DNA from: a virus
Taxonomy: Duplodnaviria; Caudoviricetes
Length of the DNA: 64,000 nt
Strand: one strand, 5' to 3'
Virus record (IMG/VR): IMGVR_UViG_3300032246_000346
Span: 1,823 to 65,822 of that record
The position numbers were made by a program, and so were the translations under genes. The notes under the pieces were generated by a model, which was not told the origin of the DNA, ran no database searches, and saw only the letters and a program-made list of their open reading frames with translations. Position 1 is the stretch's first letter. Each line of letters begins with the position of its first letter. Shown here one piece after another: positions 27,239 to 38,399 of this stretch.

Positions 27239-28590
27239 TATTCTTCGTCTAGTCCAGTACCAGCAGAATCCCAATTAGTATCTAATTCATCTTGGGTATT
27301 TGTATTTCTAATTTTTTTATTTGTATTATCACTATACTTATTCATTATAGCATCAATATGTGCTGGACGATTAGCATTAAGTTTATTGGTTGTAGTATTA
27401 GCCGCAGGTTTAGCACCAGCTCCTTTTCTATAGTCATCATACATAGTTCTTAATTGAGATGCTGTAGGAATAGATGGCATTTGATCGTTCATAATAAACT
27501 CTTTAGCATTTTTAATGTAGTTATTTTTAACATATTGGAAGAAACCAGGATCTCCACCAAATACGGTTTCTTGTGCTCCATTAGGGAATGCATTTGCAAA
27601 ATCTTTTAATGCATTACCATAAACACTACTTTGTACTTTAGCTCTAGCGCCACCTGTTGTAGCTGCATTTTTAGCTTTAGCAATGTTAGAAGCATTAACA
27701 AGTTCAGCATTTTTAAGCTCAACATTAGTGATAATATTCTTTCTTTCATCCATAGCTTTAATAGCCGTAGCAGCATCACCACGAGCTTGAGCATTTTTTG
27801 CTTCTTTAAGTTTCATATCAGCTTGTTTGAGTAACTTATCTTCTTTTTGAATATCTTTAAGGTCAACACCAAGTTCTTTAGCCGCATTCAATGCACTACC
27901 ACCCCAAGTACTTAATGTATTTTGAGCTTTACCATACTCTGGTTTAGCTGAAGCAGCACCAAAACCTAAGTTAGCTAAAGCCATCCAACCAGCTTGAGCT
28001 TTATCATCTTTTAATTCGTCTCTTTGTTTTTGTAATTCAGCAGCTTGTTTTTTATAAAACTCAGGATCAACACCAAATTGATTTTGAGCTTGTTGCATTT
28101 GTAAAGCTTCATCATCTAAAGTTAATTCTTTAGGGACACGTGCTAATACAGCCTCAGGACTATTATAATACCAAGGATCATATGCTGATGTATCAGTAGC
28201 TTTTCCACCCTTAGCAAATGCTACAATACCACCACCAGCGTAATTATGTTCATTAAACATATCACCTGTATCTAATTCAGCTAAACCACCTTGTGCCATC
28301 ATTTGTGGTGTAGGTTCTTGTTCTGGTTGTGCTTGTTGCATCATAGCTTGTTGTTGCTGAGCCATCATAGGATTAATACTACCAATACCTTGATGTGGAA
28401 CAGATTGAGATATAACTTGTTGAGCTACAGTAGGAACTTGTTGAGGAGCTTCTTGTTTAGGTTGATTCATCTCTTGTAGTTGAACCATAGCTTTATATGA
28501 AGGAATACCTACTGAAGCAGCATACACAGGATCTTGCATAACTCTAATAAGTTGTTCTTTAGTAGCTAATACTGGTGTTGAAATGCTCAT
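27238..28590 (-). CDS. Putative internal virion/ejection protein
   Basis: Gln/Ala-rich, helical; AxGG motifs; position upstream of the giant protein. Confidence 0.6.
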   Translation of the reverse strand: MSISTPVLATKEQLIRVMQDPVYAASVGIPSYKAMVQLQEMNQPKQEAPQQVPTVAQQVISQSVPHQGIGSINPMMAQQQQAMMQQAQPEQEPTPQMMAQGGLAELDTGDMFNEHNYAGGGIVAFAKGGKATDTSAYDPWYYNSPEAVLARVPKELTLDDEALQMQQAQNQFGVDPEFYKKQAAELQKQRDELKDDKAQAGWMALANLGFGAASAKPEYGKAQNTLSTWGGSALNAAKELGVDLKDIQKEDKLLKQADMKLKEAKNAQARGDAATAIKAMDERKNIITNVELKNAELVNASNIAKAKNAATTGGARAKVQSSVYGNALKDFANAFPNGAQETVFGGDPGFFQYVKNNYIKNAKEFIMNDQMPSIPTASQLRTMYDDYRKGAGAKPAANTTTNKLNANRPAHIDAIMNKYSDNTNKKIRNTNTQDELDTNWDSAGTGLDEE

Positions 28591-28593
28591 TAA

Positions 28594-29703
28594 TTATCCT
28601 CCAAAAGCTTTTGCTAGACCAAGTCCACCTAAACCCAAACCAGCTATTTGGGAAATACCTGATGGTGAAGGCGCATATTGAACTTGAGAACCTGCAATAC
28701 CTTGAGTACCGTGAATAATAGAGTTGATCCATTCCAATTGTTTCTTTTCCCAATCTCTTTTTTCCATAGCAGTTTGGTAGTTAACATCATCAATTTTTTG
28801 TTGTATATCTTGTTTTTCTCTAGCTGATGATGCTTGAGCTTTAAGTCTTTCAAGTTTAGCTGTTTGTTGTGCTGTTGCTAAATCTGCAAGGCCTTTAGAT
28901 GATGAAATTTGAGATGATAATCCAGTTGTACCAATATCCCGACCTAAATTAGCACCAAATTGTTTACTAGCTTCACGAGCTTTATAAGCATTAAGTCGTT
29001 GATCTTGATATGCTTTATACATATTTTGTGCATTTTCATATGCAGATTGTGAACCTTTAGCTTGAATATCAGAAGCATTTGCCATTTGATCGCGCAATAA
29101 ACTACCTTGCATAACATCACTTCTACCACCGCCACGAGTACCACGTCCAATAGAAGATAACATAGCATTTTTTTTAGCTAACGCTGCTTGTCTATTATTC
29201 TCACGTAAGGCCATATCAGTTACACGTTGTTGATATGGTGACATATATTTATCAGCCATAGCACCAGTAAAATCTTCAGCTTGATAATCTTCTGGTTTAT
29301 AAGCAAAAGCTTGGTCAAAACCACGTTTAGCTAAATCACCACTCATAGTAGCGGCTTGATTCATCATTTCATTAGCTTTATCGTATTGACCTGAATCTTG
29401 TAATGCCTTAATTTGATTTTGAATAGCTATTTGAGCATCATTAAATCCTGCTACACGTTCACCACTATATTCAGGCATACCTTTAACACCAGTTACATTA
29501 CCGCTAGAATCAGTAGTAAATATATTTTTACCAGCACTTTTAGCTACTTGCTCAAAATAAGGCTGCATATATTCAGGTACATTGGTTGTGTAAGTAGTTC
29601 CTGTAGATGTTTGTGAACCACCACCTCCACCCCATAGGGTAAAGAATTTATCCATAATCCATACTGGATTTAAAAACCAACTAAACCCATTTAATAATTT
29701 CAT
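28594..29703 (-). CDS. Putative DNA transfer/pilot (ejection) protein
   Basis: GGGGG-S/T-rich N-terminus, YMSPYQQ.V, C-terminal PS...QIAGLGLGGLGL. Confidence 0.65.
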   Translation of the reverse strand: MKLLNGFSWFLNPVWIMDKFFTLWGGGGGSQTSTGTTYTTNVPEYMQPYFEQVAKSAGKNIFTTDSSGNVTGVKGMPEYSGERVAGFNDAQIAIQNQIKALQDSGQYDKANEMMNQAATMSGDLAKRGFDQAFAYKPEDYQAEDFTGAMADKYMSPYQQRVTDMALRENNRQAALAKKNAMLSSIGRGTRGGGRSDVMQGSLLRDQMANASDIQAKGSQSAYENAQNMYKAYQDQRLNAYKAREASKQFGANLGRDIGTTGLSSQISSSKGLADLATAQQTAKLERLKAQASSAREKQDIQQKIDDVNYQTAMEKRDWEKKQLEWINSIIHGTQGIAGSQVQYAPSPSGISQIAGLGLGGLGLAKAFGG

Positions 29704-30113
29704 AGCTTCTTCTCCACAATAATATATCGCTGTTCAAACTGAAAGGCTCTACGCCATAATCTAGCAATTGATTCTCTAGCAGCACCTCTAACCATAGTGC
29801 CACCGTTTTGTTTAATCCAATTTTCAAACTGTTTATAAATCTCTTTATTTGCTAACATTTTACCACCAATTGCTGTAATAAAAGCAATTCTTTCATTAGG
29901 ATAATTACCCCATTCTACAGTAGCTGCGCCGTGAATAGATTTATTTTCATCAACAGCAATTAACAATGTTTGATTACCCTGTACTAAATATTGTTTTAAA
30001 TGTTCAACATCGTATTCACCACCAGAATAAATCAATGCATCGGATAAAAACTTCTCTACTTTATCCCATATCTGCTGAATATAAATAGTTGGTACTACTT
30101 GTACTTCGCTCAA
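29700..30113 (-). CDS. GNAT-fold-like virion-module protein
   Basis: 137 aa with I.AIGG...G...RG.AR..IARLW pattern, in the usual slot before ejection proteins. Confidence 0.5.
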   Translation of the reverse strand: MSEVQVVPTIYIQQIWDKVEKFLSDALIYSGGEYDVEHLKQYLVQGNQTLLIAVDENKSIHGAATVEWGNYPNERIAFITAIGGKMLANKEIYKQFENWIKQNGGTMVRGAARESIARLWRRAFQFEQRYIIVEKKL

Positions 30114-31030
30114 TTTCTTAATAATCCCATAAGACCACCTGCACTAAACTTAGCAGGGGTTTGAAAATTAGTTGTTGGATTGGTTGTTACTGCAGCTGGA
30201 TTAGTTGTTGTGTTTGTAGCAGTTGTTGCAGCTTTAGGCGCAAACGGTACAAAGAACGGATTCTTATTTTGAGCCGCGTAATCAGCAAATTGATTTGCAG
30301 TTTTATCCAAACCAAAATTAACATATTGAATTGGTGAATAAGTATATGGCGTTGTTGGTCTAACTGCATTTGGCCCAGTAGGATTATAATATGCTCTAGC
30401 AGCATTTGCTTGATTATTAACTGTAAATCTTAAATCATTTCTTACATCACCTGGTAAACGTAAACCATGAAAAGCACTATTATCAATATTATTATTGTGT
30501 GCGCCTAAACTAGGTAAACCAAAAGCATTCATAGATCCATTACCATTTCCCATACTATGATCAGGTAAACCATAAGCATTGTATTGAACTGGCGGAGGTG
30601 TATATGTATAAGATTGTGGAGCATAAGCCTTAGCAAAAGCTGCTTGAGCCGCAGCATCACCTGCCATTTTGTCATAAATAGTTTGGTAAGTATTATAACT
30701 ACCTGTAGTCATATCTTTTTTATTAGGATCATTATAGGCATCACCTAGCATAGGTAGTAAGTTATAGACCCCTTTATCACCTGTGATAAAATATTTTGAA
30801 GCATCGTAAGGATTACCACCATAGGTATAAGTCTTAGCACCATAGTTATATTCAGGTAATGCATATTGTGGTGTTGTACCACCACCTGCTGAAGGTGAAC
30901 TTCCACCACCACCTGCAAATGCATTTTGTAATGCAGATCCAGCTATAGTTGATCCTACAGCTAAAAGCGGATTAGTACCCATAGCTATACTTCCTACTGT
31001 GCCTAATGCTTTTCCTACTATTCCACCCAT
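30110..31030 (-). CDS. Putative internal virion protein
   Basis: Gly/Ala hydrophobic N-terminus; ends in FSAGGLMGL. Confidence 0.55.
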   Translation of the reverse strand: MGGIVGKALGTVGSIAMGTNPLLAVGSTIAGSALQNAFAGGGGSSPSAGGGTTPQYALPEYNYGAKTYTYGGNPYDASKYFITGDKGVYNLLPMLGDAYNDPNKKDMTTGSYNTYQTIYDKMAGDAAAQAAFAKAYAPQSYTYTPPPVQYNAYGLPDHSMGNGNGSMNAFGLPSLGAHNNNIDNSAFHGLRLPGDVRNDLRFTVNNQANAARAYYNPTGPNAVRPTTPYTYSPIQYVNFGLDKTANQFADYAAQNKNPFFVPFAPKAATTATNTTTNPAAVTTNPTTNFQTPAKFSAGGLMGLLRN

Positions 31031-31039
31031 AATTAGTCC

Positions 31040-32368
31040 TTACGTTGGTAAATATTTATTTGGATTAATTTGTTTGCCCTGTTTAGGTGTACCTGTTCGG
31101 GCTTGTCTTACTTTATGCAACATACTGTATAAACGTTGTGCACCTGCTTTAGATGAGCCATTACCAATATGACTTACTACATCTGCAGGAACTACAAACT
31201 CACCATCCGCTAATCTAGCAGGTTGTTTACCATCAATAGAAGCATGAATAGAATCACTCATACCATCACCTTCTCCATCTAAGTATCCACCATGAGCATA
31301 GATTGAACCTAGACCACCTTCTGAATATTCAACAGGACCGCCAACAGCATAGAATTCATTGGCAGCTTTAGCATTAGCACCTTGATTCATTAAATTATCT
31401 AATCTACCAAGTCCATATGATTCTGAAGGTGTATTTTGAGCTGTTGTACCATCAGGTTTACTGAAAGCATTAGTACTATCTTGATTGTATGCTTGAGTAC
31501 CAAATACAGTACCTGAACCTGGAACTGCTCCACCAGACGCTAAACGTAATCCTGAATCAGGACTTAAATTTAATATATAGTCAGGATCTTTACTTCTATA
31601 TTTATTAGCTAAAGCTTTACGTTTTTCTTCTTCAGCTTGGTCTGCTTCAGGATATAAATCTTCTTGTGCACCAGATAGCGCCGCCATACCTACAGGAGCA
31701 GCTAATTGAAATGCTGAGCCACCAGCACCACCTTGTGCTATAGGAGTTGTAAATTTATCAAAGCCTCCAGGTTTTAGTGTTTCCATTAAACCACGACCTG
31801 TTTGACTTAAACCTTGTGAAAAAGTTGTAGCTGGTGCTGCTTGTTTAGCTAACGTAGCAGCCATACCTTGACCTGATCCAGCTGATGAAAGCCCACCTTC
31901 AGCTGTAAGTTGAGGACCAACTATATTTTTTGAAGCTTCATAACCACCTTGAGCTCCCATGTTTCCAAAACTACCTGCTAAATTACCACCACCATAACCA
32001 CCAAGACCGCCCATTAAACCACCGGTTAATACATCGTCACCTTTAGCGCCAGCTACTGCAGCACCTGTAGCCATACCAGCAGCAATAGGAGCAATTGTAG
32101 CAGCTGTAGTTCCAGCTTCAAGTCCTAGACCAGCACCCATTGGACCACCAACCATAAAACCAGCAACAGTTGGTAATAAAGAAGTAATAAAACTACCAAA
32201 GTCAAAAGCTTCTGGCATACCTGTATGTGGGTTAGTATGTAGTTTATGGCCTGTCATTTGGCCAATAGCCTGTAACCCAGCTACTTCTCTAGGGCTTACG
32301 TGCATAAGCATAGTATCGCCATTGCGACCTAACGAAGCTAAACCGTGGGAAAGGGCATGAGTAATCAT
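31040..32368 (-). CDS. Putative internal virion protein
   Basis: N-terminal LA..GR.GDT.L.H..P.EV...NP.TG.PE; C-terminal GDGMSDSI.A...ARLADGEFVVPADVV. Confidence 0.65.
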   Translation of the reverse strand: MITHALSHGLASLGRNGDTMLMHVSPREVAGLQAIGQMTGHKLHTNPHTGMPEAFDFGSFITSLLPTVAGFMVGGPMGAGLGLEAGTTAATIAPIAAGMATGAAVAGAKGDDVLTGGLMGGLGGYGGGNLAGSFGNMGAQGGYEASKNIVGPQLTAEGGLSSAGSGQGMAATLAKQAAPATTFSQGLSQTGRGLMETLKPGGFDKFTTPIAQGGAGGSAFQLAAPVGMAALSGAQEDLYPEADQAEEEKRKALANKYRSKDPDYILNLSPDSGLRLASGGAVPGSGTVFGTQAYNQDSTNAFSKPDGTTAQNTPSESYGLGRLDNLMNQGANAKAANEFYAVGGPVEYSEGGLGSIYAHGGYLDGEGDGMSDSIHASIDGKQPARLADGEFVVPADVVSHIGNGSSKAGAQRLYSMLHKVRQARTGTPKQGKQINPNKYLPT

Positions 32369-32404
32369 AAAAAGTCCTTATTGAGATAATCAAATTGTAT
32401 CATA

Positions 32405-33181
32405 TTATGCTGCTGTATTGGATATTAAAACACCTTGCAAAATCAATCCTACAATATGCGTTCCGCTTGCTGTGGAAAACTGCCATTGAATATCTACTTT
32501 TTGAGTATAGGGAAAAGGATTATTTCTTATTACTTGATATCTTTGATCCCAAGCTGTTTGTAATACAGTTAATGTTACTGGATTGGTTTGAGCATTATTT
32601 GTAATTTTTACTTGATAGTTAATAGCATTACCTGCCGCAGCGTCACCGTTAAAAGCATTAATTGAAGTAAGATACATGGTATAGCCATTAGGTACTGAAT
32701 ATACCCCAGCTTGAGACCTACCTATCCCTATATTAATTTGAGAGTATGTAATACCACCATTTTTTGCTGTAATTGTACCTACGTTGGTAGTTTGACCTGT
32801 TCCTGTGCTAGTCATAATCATGCTATTAATACGAAGAAATTGATTGGTTGTAGTTACACCTGTTACACCATTTAAAGTTACAGTTTCAGTTATTAAGTTC
32901 CAACTTGAATCAAGACCACTAACAAGAATTGTTGCTCTTGTATTATCAGAGGCAGAAGTGCTGGCAAGGGTCATTGTTACCGCAGATGCAGGAAATGCGT
33001 ATTGTGTAGTGCCAGTTAGCTCCCACAAAGTATAAAAAGTGGTTTTAACAGTATCCGAATAAGCAAAAATATTAAGTTGATTAACACCAGAAACTAGACC
33101 ACGAGCCACTTGCATTTCCCAAGGCGCTGCAGAACTAAGTGATGTAGTAGCTGCAACAGGCGGAAAATATTGAATACTCAT
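32405..33181 (-). CDS. Virion structural protein
   Basis: 258 aa, Thr-rich, beta-strand character. Confidence 0.6.
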   Translation of the reverse strand: MSIQYFPPVAATTSLSSAAPWEMQVARGLVSGVNQLNIFAYSDTVKTTFYTLWELTGTTQYAFPASAVTMTLASTSASDNTRATILVSGLDSSWNLITETVTLNGVTGVTTTNQFLRINSMIMTSTGTGQTTNVGTITAKNGGITYSQINIGIGRSQAGVYSVPNGYTMYLTSINAFNGDAAAGNAINYQVKITNNAQTNPVTLTVLQTAWDQRYQVIRNNPFPYTQKVDIQWQFSTASGTHIVGLILQGVLISNTAA

Positions 33182-33513
33182 AGTGCTTCACCTCCAGTAA
33201 CAGTTGCAGTACATCCAGTAGCTGATGCTTTAACTTGTATAGTATCACTTACATTTAAAATTTGGCTTCCAGTCCATTGAACTGTTGTATATGCAGGTAA
33301 TGGTGTATTATAAAAAATAGCATTATCTGTACCTACTGTAGCTCCTGCAGGAACTAAACTAACATATATATTAATAGAAGATGCTGTAGTGTTACATATA
33401 GTAATATCTTTAACATAAGTTCTTGTATTAACAGGTACATTATAGATAGATAAATACGATGTTGTCATCGCTGCTTGACCAATTTTGACACCAGTTATAT
33501 TTTGATATGCCAT
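33178..33513 (-). CDS. Virion structural protein
   Basis: Y.VP......K.I.ICN...L...DTIQ pattern typical of small tail proteins. Confidence 0.6.
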   Translation of the reverse strand: MAYQNITGVKIGQAAMTTSYLSIYNVPVNTRTYVKDITICNTTASSINIYVSLVPAGATVGTDNAIFYNTPLPAYTTVQWTGSQILNVSDTIQVKASATGCTATVTGGEAL

Positions 33514-33720
33514 TTAAAAACTTCCTGTTCCTAACCAATTAAGAGTATTTAAGCTATTGATTTGATTAATAGTATCTACGTTAGCTTTATCAAGTTGATT
33601 ATGATAGTTACGTAATGTATTATTAGAAACTTCTTGCGTTTGTTGACTATACTCAACAGATGGGGCTGGAATAGCTGGTGCTTTAGTTTGTGTAATATTA
33701 TTATGTACTGAACTAGCCAT
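33514..33720 (-). CDS. Small virion protein
   Basis: P.P..EY......LR.Y.NQLD. Confidence 0.6.
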   Translation of the reverse strand: MASSVHNNITQTKAPAIPAPSVEYSQQTQEVSNNTLRNYHNQLDKANVDTINQINSLNTLNWLGTGSF

Positions 33721-33721
33721 A

Positions 33722-35911
33722 TTATCCTCTTAATCCATCAGCACGTGCATCAACACGAGTTAAACCTAATTGCCATTGCGTATTTAATGTATCAGAACCA
33801 ATTCTAAAATTCATCTGACGACCACGGCATCTTACATATACTTGGTTAGTATATGGCGTAAATACAGCAGAAGAGGTATAAGTACCTTGTACTGTATTAG
33901 CTGTAGACTGTCCTTCTTCATTAGTTGTAGATTCAGCAGCACCAGGGAAATTACGTACACCTACAGTCAATGTTACTTCTGGTGTAGTACTATTAACAGA
34001 GCCATCAAAATTAACATCAGGTATTAAACGGCGTACTAACATAAATTTCTCACCATCACCAATATCAATATCAGCTGATTGGATATATGATTCTATAGGT
34101 AATGCAGCTGCATTTCCTGGTTGACCATCATTTACACCATCTTCATGTTGATAAACATAACCATTATTAGTAGCTAATGGATTTTTAAATACGCCTGTAT
34201 CAAGCCATGTAGTTCTTGATAAATCACCATAATACCAAATTTGTTCTAAGTAGTTATAGATAACATATCGATTTAGTGTATTTGAATCAGCCGTTGCATA
34301 AAACCATATAATCTCATTAAATTTATTATTAACCCCTGCTACAATAACAGAGTCTTGTTCTTGGTTAATATTATTAAATATATATTGACGTAAAGTACAT
34401 GGTAGAGTATCTACTCGACCTGAGTAGCTATAAAATCTATCAGTACCCATCCAGTAAACAATATTATTAGTACTTGTTACTGCATTTGGACCCATAATAG
34501 AAATGTTACTTGATAACTGTTGTATACCAAATACATCTCCAGTACCTAAAAATTGTAAGGAATGTAATGTATTATTAGTAAAAATTACTGTTTCTTGTTT
34601 TGTATTTACTGCGGTGACAATCTTAGAACCCGCTTGAATACGTAAGTATCCTGAACTATTTTGTTCTGTTGGGTTCCACACTTGTGGTTGAGCGCCATAA
34701 ACAGGATCTACATTTGACCATCTAATTAATAATGGATCATAATATAAACTTAAACTAGGTGGTGTATAATTATTATATGTATATGTACCTACTGTTGTAG
34801 CAGAGGAACCTGGATTATATGTTAATTGATAGGTAAATGTATTTGCTCCTGTAACTGTAATTTGAACTTGATCTGGATAAGATGCATAATCAGCAGGAGC
34901 TTGACCTATTAAAGTAATCCAATCACCTGTAGCCCTACCATGCGATCCTGAGGTTGTAACTGTTGCAACTAAAGTAGTTACGTTATAAGTAATACTTGTT
35001 ATTGCTGCACCAGCTGTTGATTGATCGTAATATTCAGTACATCCTAGTGCTAATAAATATCCACTTGGTGTAAATAAAATCTTATTAATTTGTTGAGGAA
35101 CTGCAACTGCGCCTGTTATAGAAGATAATAATACTGCACGAGTAGTAAATGAACTATCATAAGCCCAATAATAAATAGCAGATTTATTAATATTAAAGTA
35201 TAAGTCATCAACATAGTTATCAGCAAATATAAGTCTAGCAGGTGTATAAATAGGTGTAGTAGCAGCAGCACCCCAAGCTGATGTACCCCACGTACCAGCA
35301 CCCCAACCATAACCAGCAGTTGTATAATCGTAACCAATATTAATTTGAAAAGCCGCTGTGATATTTGTTCCTCCCACATTAGATGCGGCTGTAATAGTAC
35401 TAGCTGTAGTAGATACTGTAATATAAAAACTACCACCAATAAGCTTTAATTCAAATTCTTTATTTAAATCTGCGTTGGGAATACTTCCTGGATTGCCTGT
35501 AACGCCACTAAATGTAACATAATCTCCATCAGTAGCACCTGAAGTAATTGTAGAACTAACTAATACATTTTGAGATCCAGCAAACGTAGTGAAGCAATTA
35601 TTTGTAGTAGGAGATGTATAAGTAACACGAAGAGGAGTGATGTCTTTTAATGTAGAACCTACTAAGATATACATCTTTTTATTAGTACCAATAAGCGCTA
35701 ATTGGTTACCATCAGTAACATTCCAAGTAAATAAAGTTCTAGCAGTACCTACATATGGTGAAAAGGGATTAGCAACAGTCCAACCACCCATCTTTTCAGG
35801 AAAGCCTGAACGGAAACGAGCCAACTGAATATCATACCATCCACCTTCGGAAGCATAATTAGTTTGGTCTTTATTTAAACCTGATTTAAAGGTTAGTTTA
35901 CTTAGTGACAT
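33722..35911 (-). CDS. Tail nozzle / head-stabilisation-like protein
   Basis: 729 aa; RFRSG.PEK.GGW, IRWS, YWMG, EIIWFY, DG.R; beta-propeller-like character. Confidence 0.7.
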   Translation of the reverse strand: MSLSKLTFKSGLNKDQTNYASEGGWYDIQLARFRSGFPEKMGGWTVANPFSPYVGTARTLFTWNVTDGNQLALIGTNKKMYILVGSTLKDITPLRVTYTSPTTNNCFTTFAGSQNVLVSSTITSGATDGDYVTFSGVTGNPGSIPNADLNKEFELKLIGGSFYITVSTTASTITAASNVGGTNITAAFQINIGYDYTTAGYGWGAGTWGTSAWGAAATTPIYTPARLIFADNYVDDLYFNINKSAIYYWAYDSSFTTRAVLLSSITGAVAVPQQINKILFTPSGYLLALGCTEYYDQSTAGAAITSITYNVTTLVATVTTSGSHGRATGDWITLIGQAPADYASYPDQVQITVTGANTFTYQLTYNPGSSATTVGTYTYNNYTPPSLSLYYDPLLIRWSNVDPVYGAQPQVWNPTEQNSSGYLRIQAGSKIVTAVNTKQETVIFTNNTLHSLQFLGTGDVFGIQQLSSNISIMGPNAVTSTNNIVYWMGTDRFYSYSGRVDTLPCTLRQYIFNNINQEQDSVIVAGVNNKFNEIIWFYATADSNTLNRYVIYNYLEQIWYYGDLSRTTWLDTGVFKNPLATNNGYVYQHEDGVNDGQPGNAAALPIESYIQSADIDIGDGEKFMLVRRLIPDVNFDGSVNSTTPEVTLTVGVRNFPGAAESTTNEEGQSTANTVQGTYTSSAVFTPYTNQVYVRCRGRQMNFRIGSDTLNTQWQLGLTRVDARADGLRG

Positions 35912-36291
35912 ATAGTTATAGTTGCTTGTTTAGCTTCTTTTAGTTTAGGTAAAAATGCATTAAATGCTTCTTTAGATCGTGATATAAAATTGCCTTTAAC
36001 CCAATCTAGTCCTACTAAAACGCATCCTTCTGTATCAGAATCTGTATTACCTGAATGAATACGTACACCTTCAAAACCTGGTACATTTAAAATATGTGGC
36101 ATGTCTTTGCCAAACCTAATTGACTTATCGATAATGACATTATATGTACCTTCAGGGATAGCTGTATTACCATCCACTTTTTTGTCTCTAACTTTATCTT
36201 CTAATGTATAACAAAAGAATATTCCATCTATTGACATTTTGCCTATGGTATATTTATCACCGAATTCAAAACGTTTAACATCTATCTTCAC
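35902..36291 (-). CDS. Putative endolysin (DUF5675, L,D-peptidase-like)
   Basis: CYTLED, AIPEG.Y, VP.FEG.RIHSGN...DTEGC.LVG; adjacent to holin. Confidence 0.75.
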   Translation of the reverse strand: MKIDVKRFEFGDKYTIGKMSIDGIFFCYTLEDKVRDKKVDGNTAIPEGTYNVIIDKSIRFGKDMPHILNVPGFEGVRIHSGNTDSDTEGCVLVGLDWVKGNFISRSKEAFNAFLPKLKEAKQATITICH

Positions 36292-36692
36292 TTACTTGTT
36301 CCGTTCTTTTTGTCCCATGATCGTAACCCAGCTAAACCTAGTAAACCAAGTAAAACTTGAAGTGTTAAATCAGTATCAATGATAGGAAAAGCACCGTTAT
36401 AATGAAATATAACTACTGCAACAAAACGAATAAATGGTTCTAATATAGCTGCATATAGTAATGCAAAGCCACAACCCCAACCAATAAATGGTCTCCATCG
36501 GCTAGTAAATTTATCATTGTTTGCAGCTTCAATAGCGTTAACTTTAATCTGTTCTATAGCTAGTTGAAATTCATTAGATGCAAGCGCTAGTTCTAATGCT
36601 TCTTGAGCTTCTGCTCGTTTATTTTTGTCAGGTATAACTCGGTCTAAAACATTACCAATCGTACCTAATATAGTTCCAATAATGTCACCCAT
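36288..36692 (-). CDS. 3TM holin family
   Basis: IPD...EA...F..RWRPFIGW...LLGL.GLRS.DK. Confidence 0.8.
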   Translation of the reverse strand: MGDIIGTILGTIGNVLDRVIPDKNKRAEAQEALELALASNEFQLAIEQIKVNAIEAANNDKFTSRWRPFIGWGCGFALLYAAILEPFIRFVAVVIFHYNGAFPIIDTDLTLQVLLGLLGLAGLRSWDKKNGTSK

Positions 36693-36701
36693 AGTTTTTC
36701 C

Positions 36702-37439
36702 TTACATGTATTGAATAGTTACAGTGCCTGACATTGTTCCAGCACTAGGTGTAAGAGTAATACCTGATATTGCTGCAGATAAAGGTTGTGAGCCATTCCA
36801 CATAGTTGATCTTAAAGATGTTCCTCCTGCATCATTACCTGAAAATCCTGAAACTGCCCATAGATTAGTAGAAGAATTTATTAACGAGAATATAAACTGC
36901 CCAGAAGCAAGAGTTCCAGTATTATCATCCCATATTCTATATGTAGTAGATAAAGAGGAACCGGCTGTAGTAACAGTATTACCACCAGTAAATTTATAAC
37001 TAGCACCAAGAGTACTACCACCGCCAGAAGCATTAACAAGTCCTAAAGTAATATTTCCACTTGATGTTGAAGTAATAGAACTATAGTTAACAACAACATA
37101 TTTAGCTGTTGCCGAAATGCCTGTAATTGTTTGTGCCGTTGTACCTGTAATTGTTGTAGGTCCAATTGTAGTAAAGCCTGTTGTAGCAGGCGCAGTACTA
37201 GACCAAGTTGTACCATTTGATGTTAATACATTACCTGCCGTACCTGGAGCTACAACTTGAACTGCACTTGTACCATTACCAAGCAAAACGTTATTAGCAG
37301 TAAGTGTTGCTGCGCCTGTACCACCTTGAGCTACGCCCAACTGTGTTGTTAATGTAGTAGTACCTGCAACACTCAAATTACCTGAATCGGTTAAACCTGG
37401 TGTTGATATTCCGCTTGTTCCGTCAATTGTTATTGCCAT
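36702..37439 (-). CDS. Tail fibre-like protein
   Basis: VAQGGTG and PGTAGNVLTSNG modules. Confidence 0.65.
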   Translation of the reverse strand: MAITIDGTSGISTPGLTDSGNLSVAGTTTLTTQLGVAQGGTGAATLTANNVLLGNGTSAVQVVAPGTAGNVLTSNGTTWSSTAPATTGFTTIGPTTITGTTAQTITGISATAKYVVVNYSSITSTSSGNITLGLVNASGGGSTLGASYKFTGGNTVTTAGSSLSTTYRIWDDNTGTLASGQFIFSLINSSTNLWAVSGFSGNDAGGTSLRSTMWNGSQPLSAAISGITLTPSAGTMSGTVTIQYM

Positions 37440-37454
37440 AATTAATCCTTTTAT

Positions 37455-38399
37455 TTAGAATACTAAAAACATGTTGCTAGTACTTGCATTATATGTAAGT
37501 ACAATAATACCTTGTCCGCCAGCAAGATTAGAACCGCCATTTGTGCCTCCAGCGCCACCACCATAAAGTCCAGCAGCGCCTGCGGTTGATAAACTTGCAG
37601 AACCACCGCCACCACCACCAGAACCTGCCGTTGCACTATTAGAAGTTTGTGTCCAGTAATTTCCATTAGAACCAGCACCGCCATCATTATTACTTCCAGT
37701 ACCAGTACCACCACCGCCACCACCGCCATTTGTTGGAGCGGTATTATTTGCAATTAATATTGAAGTAGCACCTGAACCACCTGTTTGTCCTGTAGATGCA
37801 CCACCTGCACCACCTGCAGGGGCTTGACCTGCTTGTCCGGCAGTCCCTGCCGCAGTTAATGTCGCACCGCTACCGCCGCCACCAGATCCATTTCCTACTG
37901 TTCCGTTACCATTTCCGCCAGCTCCACCTACTCCACCTGGTCCTGCAGCTCCGCCACCGCCACCTTCAAGTTTACCTGTAGACGATCCGTTATCGCCACC
38001 TTTACCGCCTGAATATACAGTAGTACCCACACATGAAGCACTAGCACCACCAGCTCCACCAGCTCCACCACCGGTAGCTCCTACTACACCAGCTTTAGCT
38101 AAAACACCTTGAGTTGCTAATGTGGGTGCTGCATTAGAAGCATTATTAAACCAAGTATCACTACCTGTAGCACCAGCTGAACCAGCGCCTACACTAACAT
38201 AAACATTTGTACCTGCAGTTAAAGAAACAGTTGTAGATTTAGCATAAGCTCCACCGCCACCGCCAGATGATTGTTGAGCTCCTACAGATCCACCACCAGC
38301 ACCAATAGCTTCAACAGAAACAAGAGATAAAAAATCACCTGGTATAGGGTATAAATTACCTGATGGTGTTGAAGTTATAAATACGGTTTTAACTGGCAT
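37455..38399 (-). CDS. Glycine-rich tail-associated protein
   Basis: VEAIGAGGG...GGGGG.Y...GGQGIIVL.Y; start MPVKTV. Confidence 0.7.
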   Translation of the reverse strand: MPVKTVFITSTPSGNLYPIPGDFLSLVSVEAIGAGGGSVGAQQSSGGGGGAYAKSTTVSLTAGTNVYVSVGAGSAGATGSDTWFNNASNAAPTLATQGVLAKAGVVGATGGGAGGAGGASASCVGTTVYSGGKGGDNGSSTGKLEGGGGGAAGPGGVGGAGGNGNGTVGNGSGGGGSGATLTAAGTAGQAGQAPAGGAGGASTGQTGGSGATSILIANNTAPTNGGGGGGGTGTGSNNDGGAGSNGNYWTQTSNSATAGSGGGGGGSASLSTAGAAGLYGGGAGGTNGGSNLAGGQGIIVLTYNASTSNMFLVF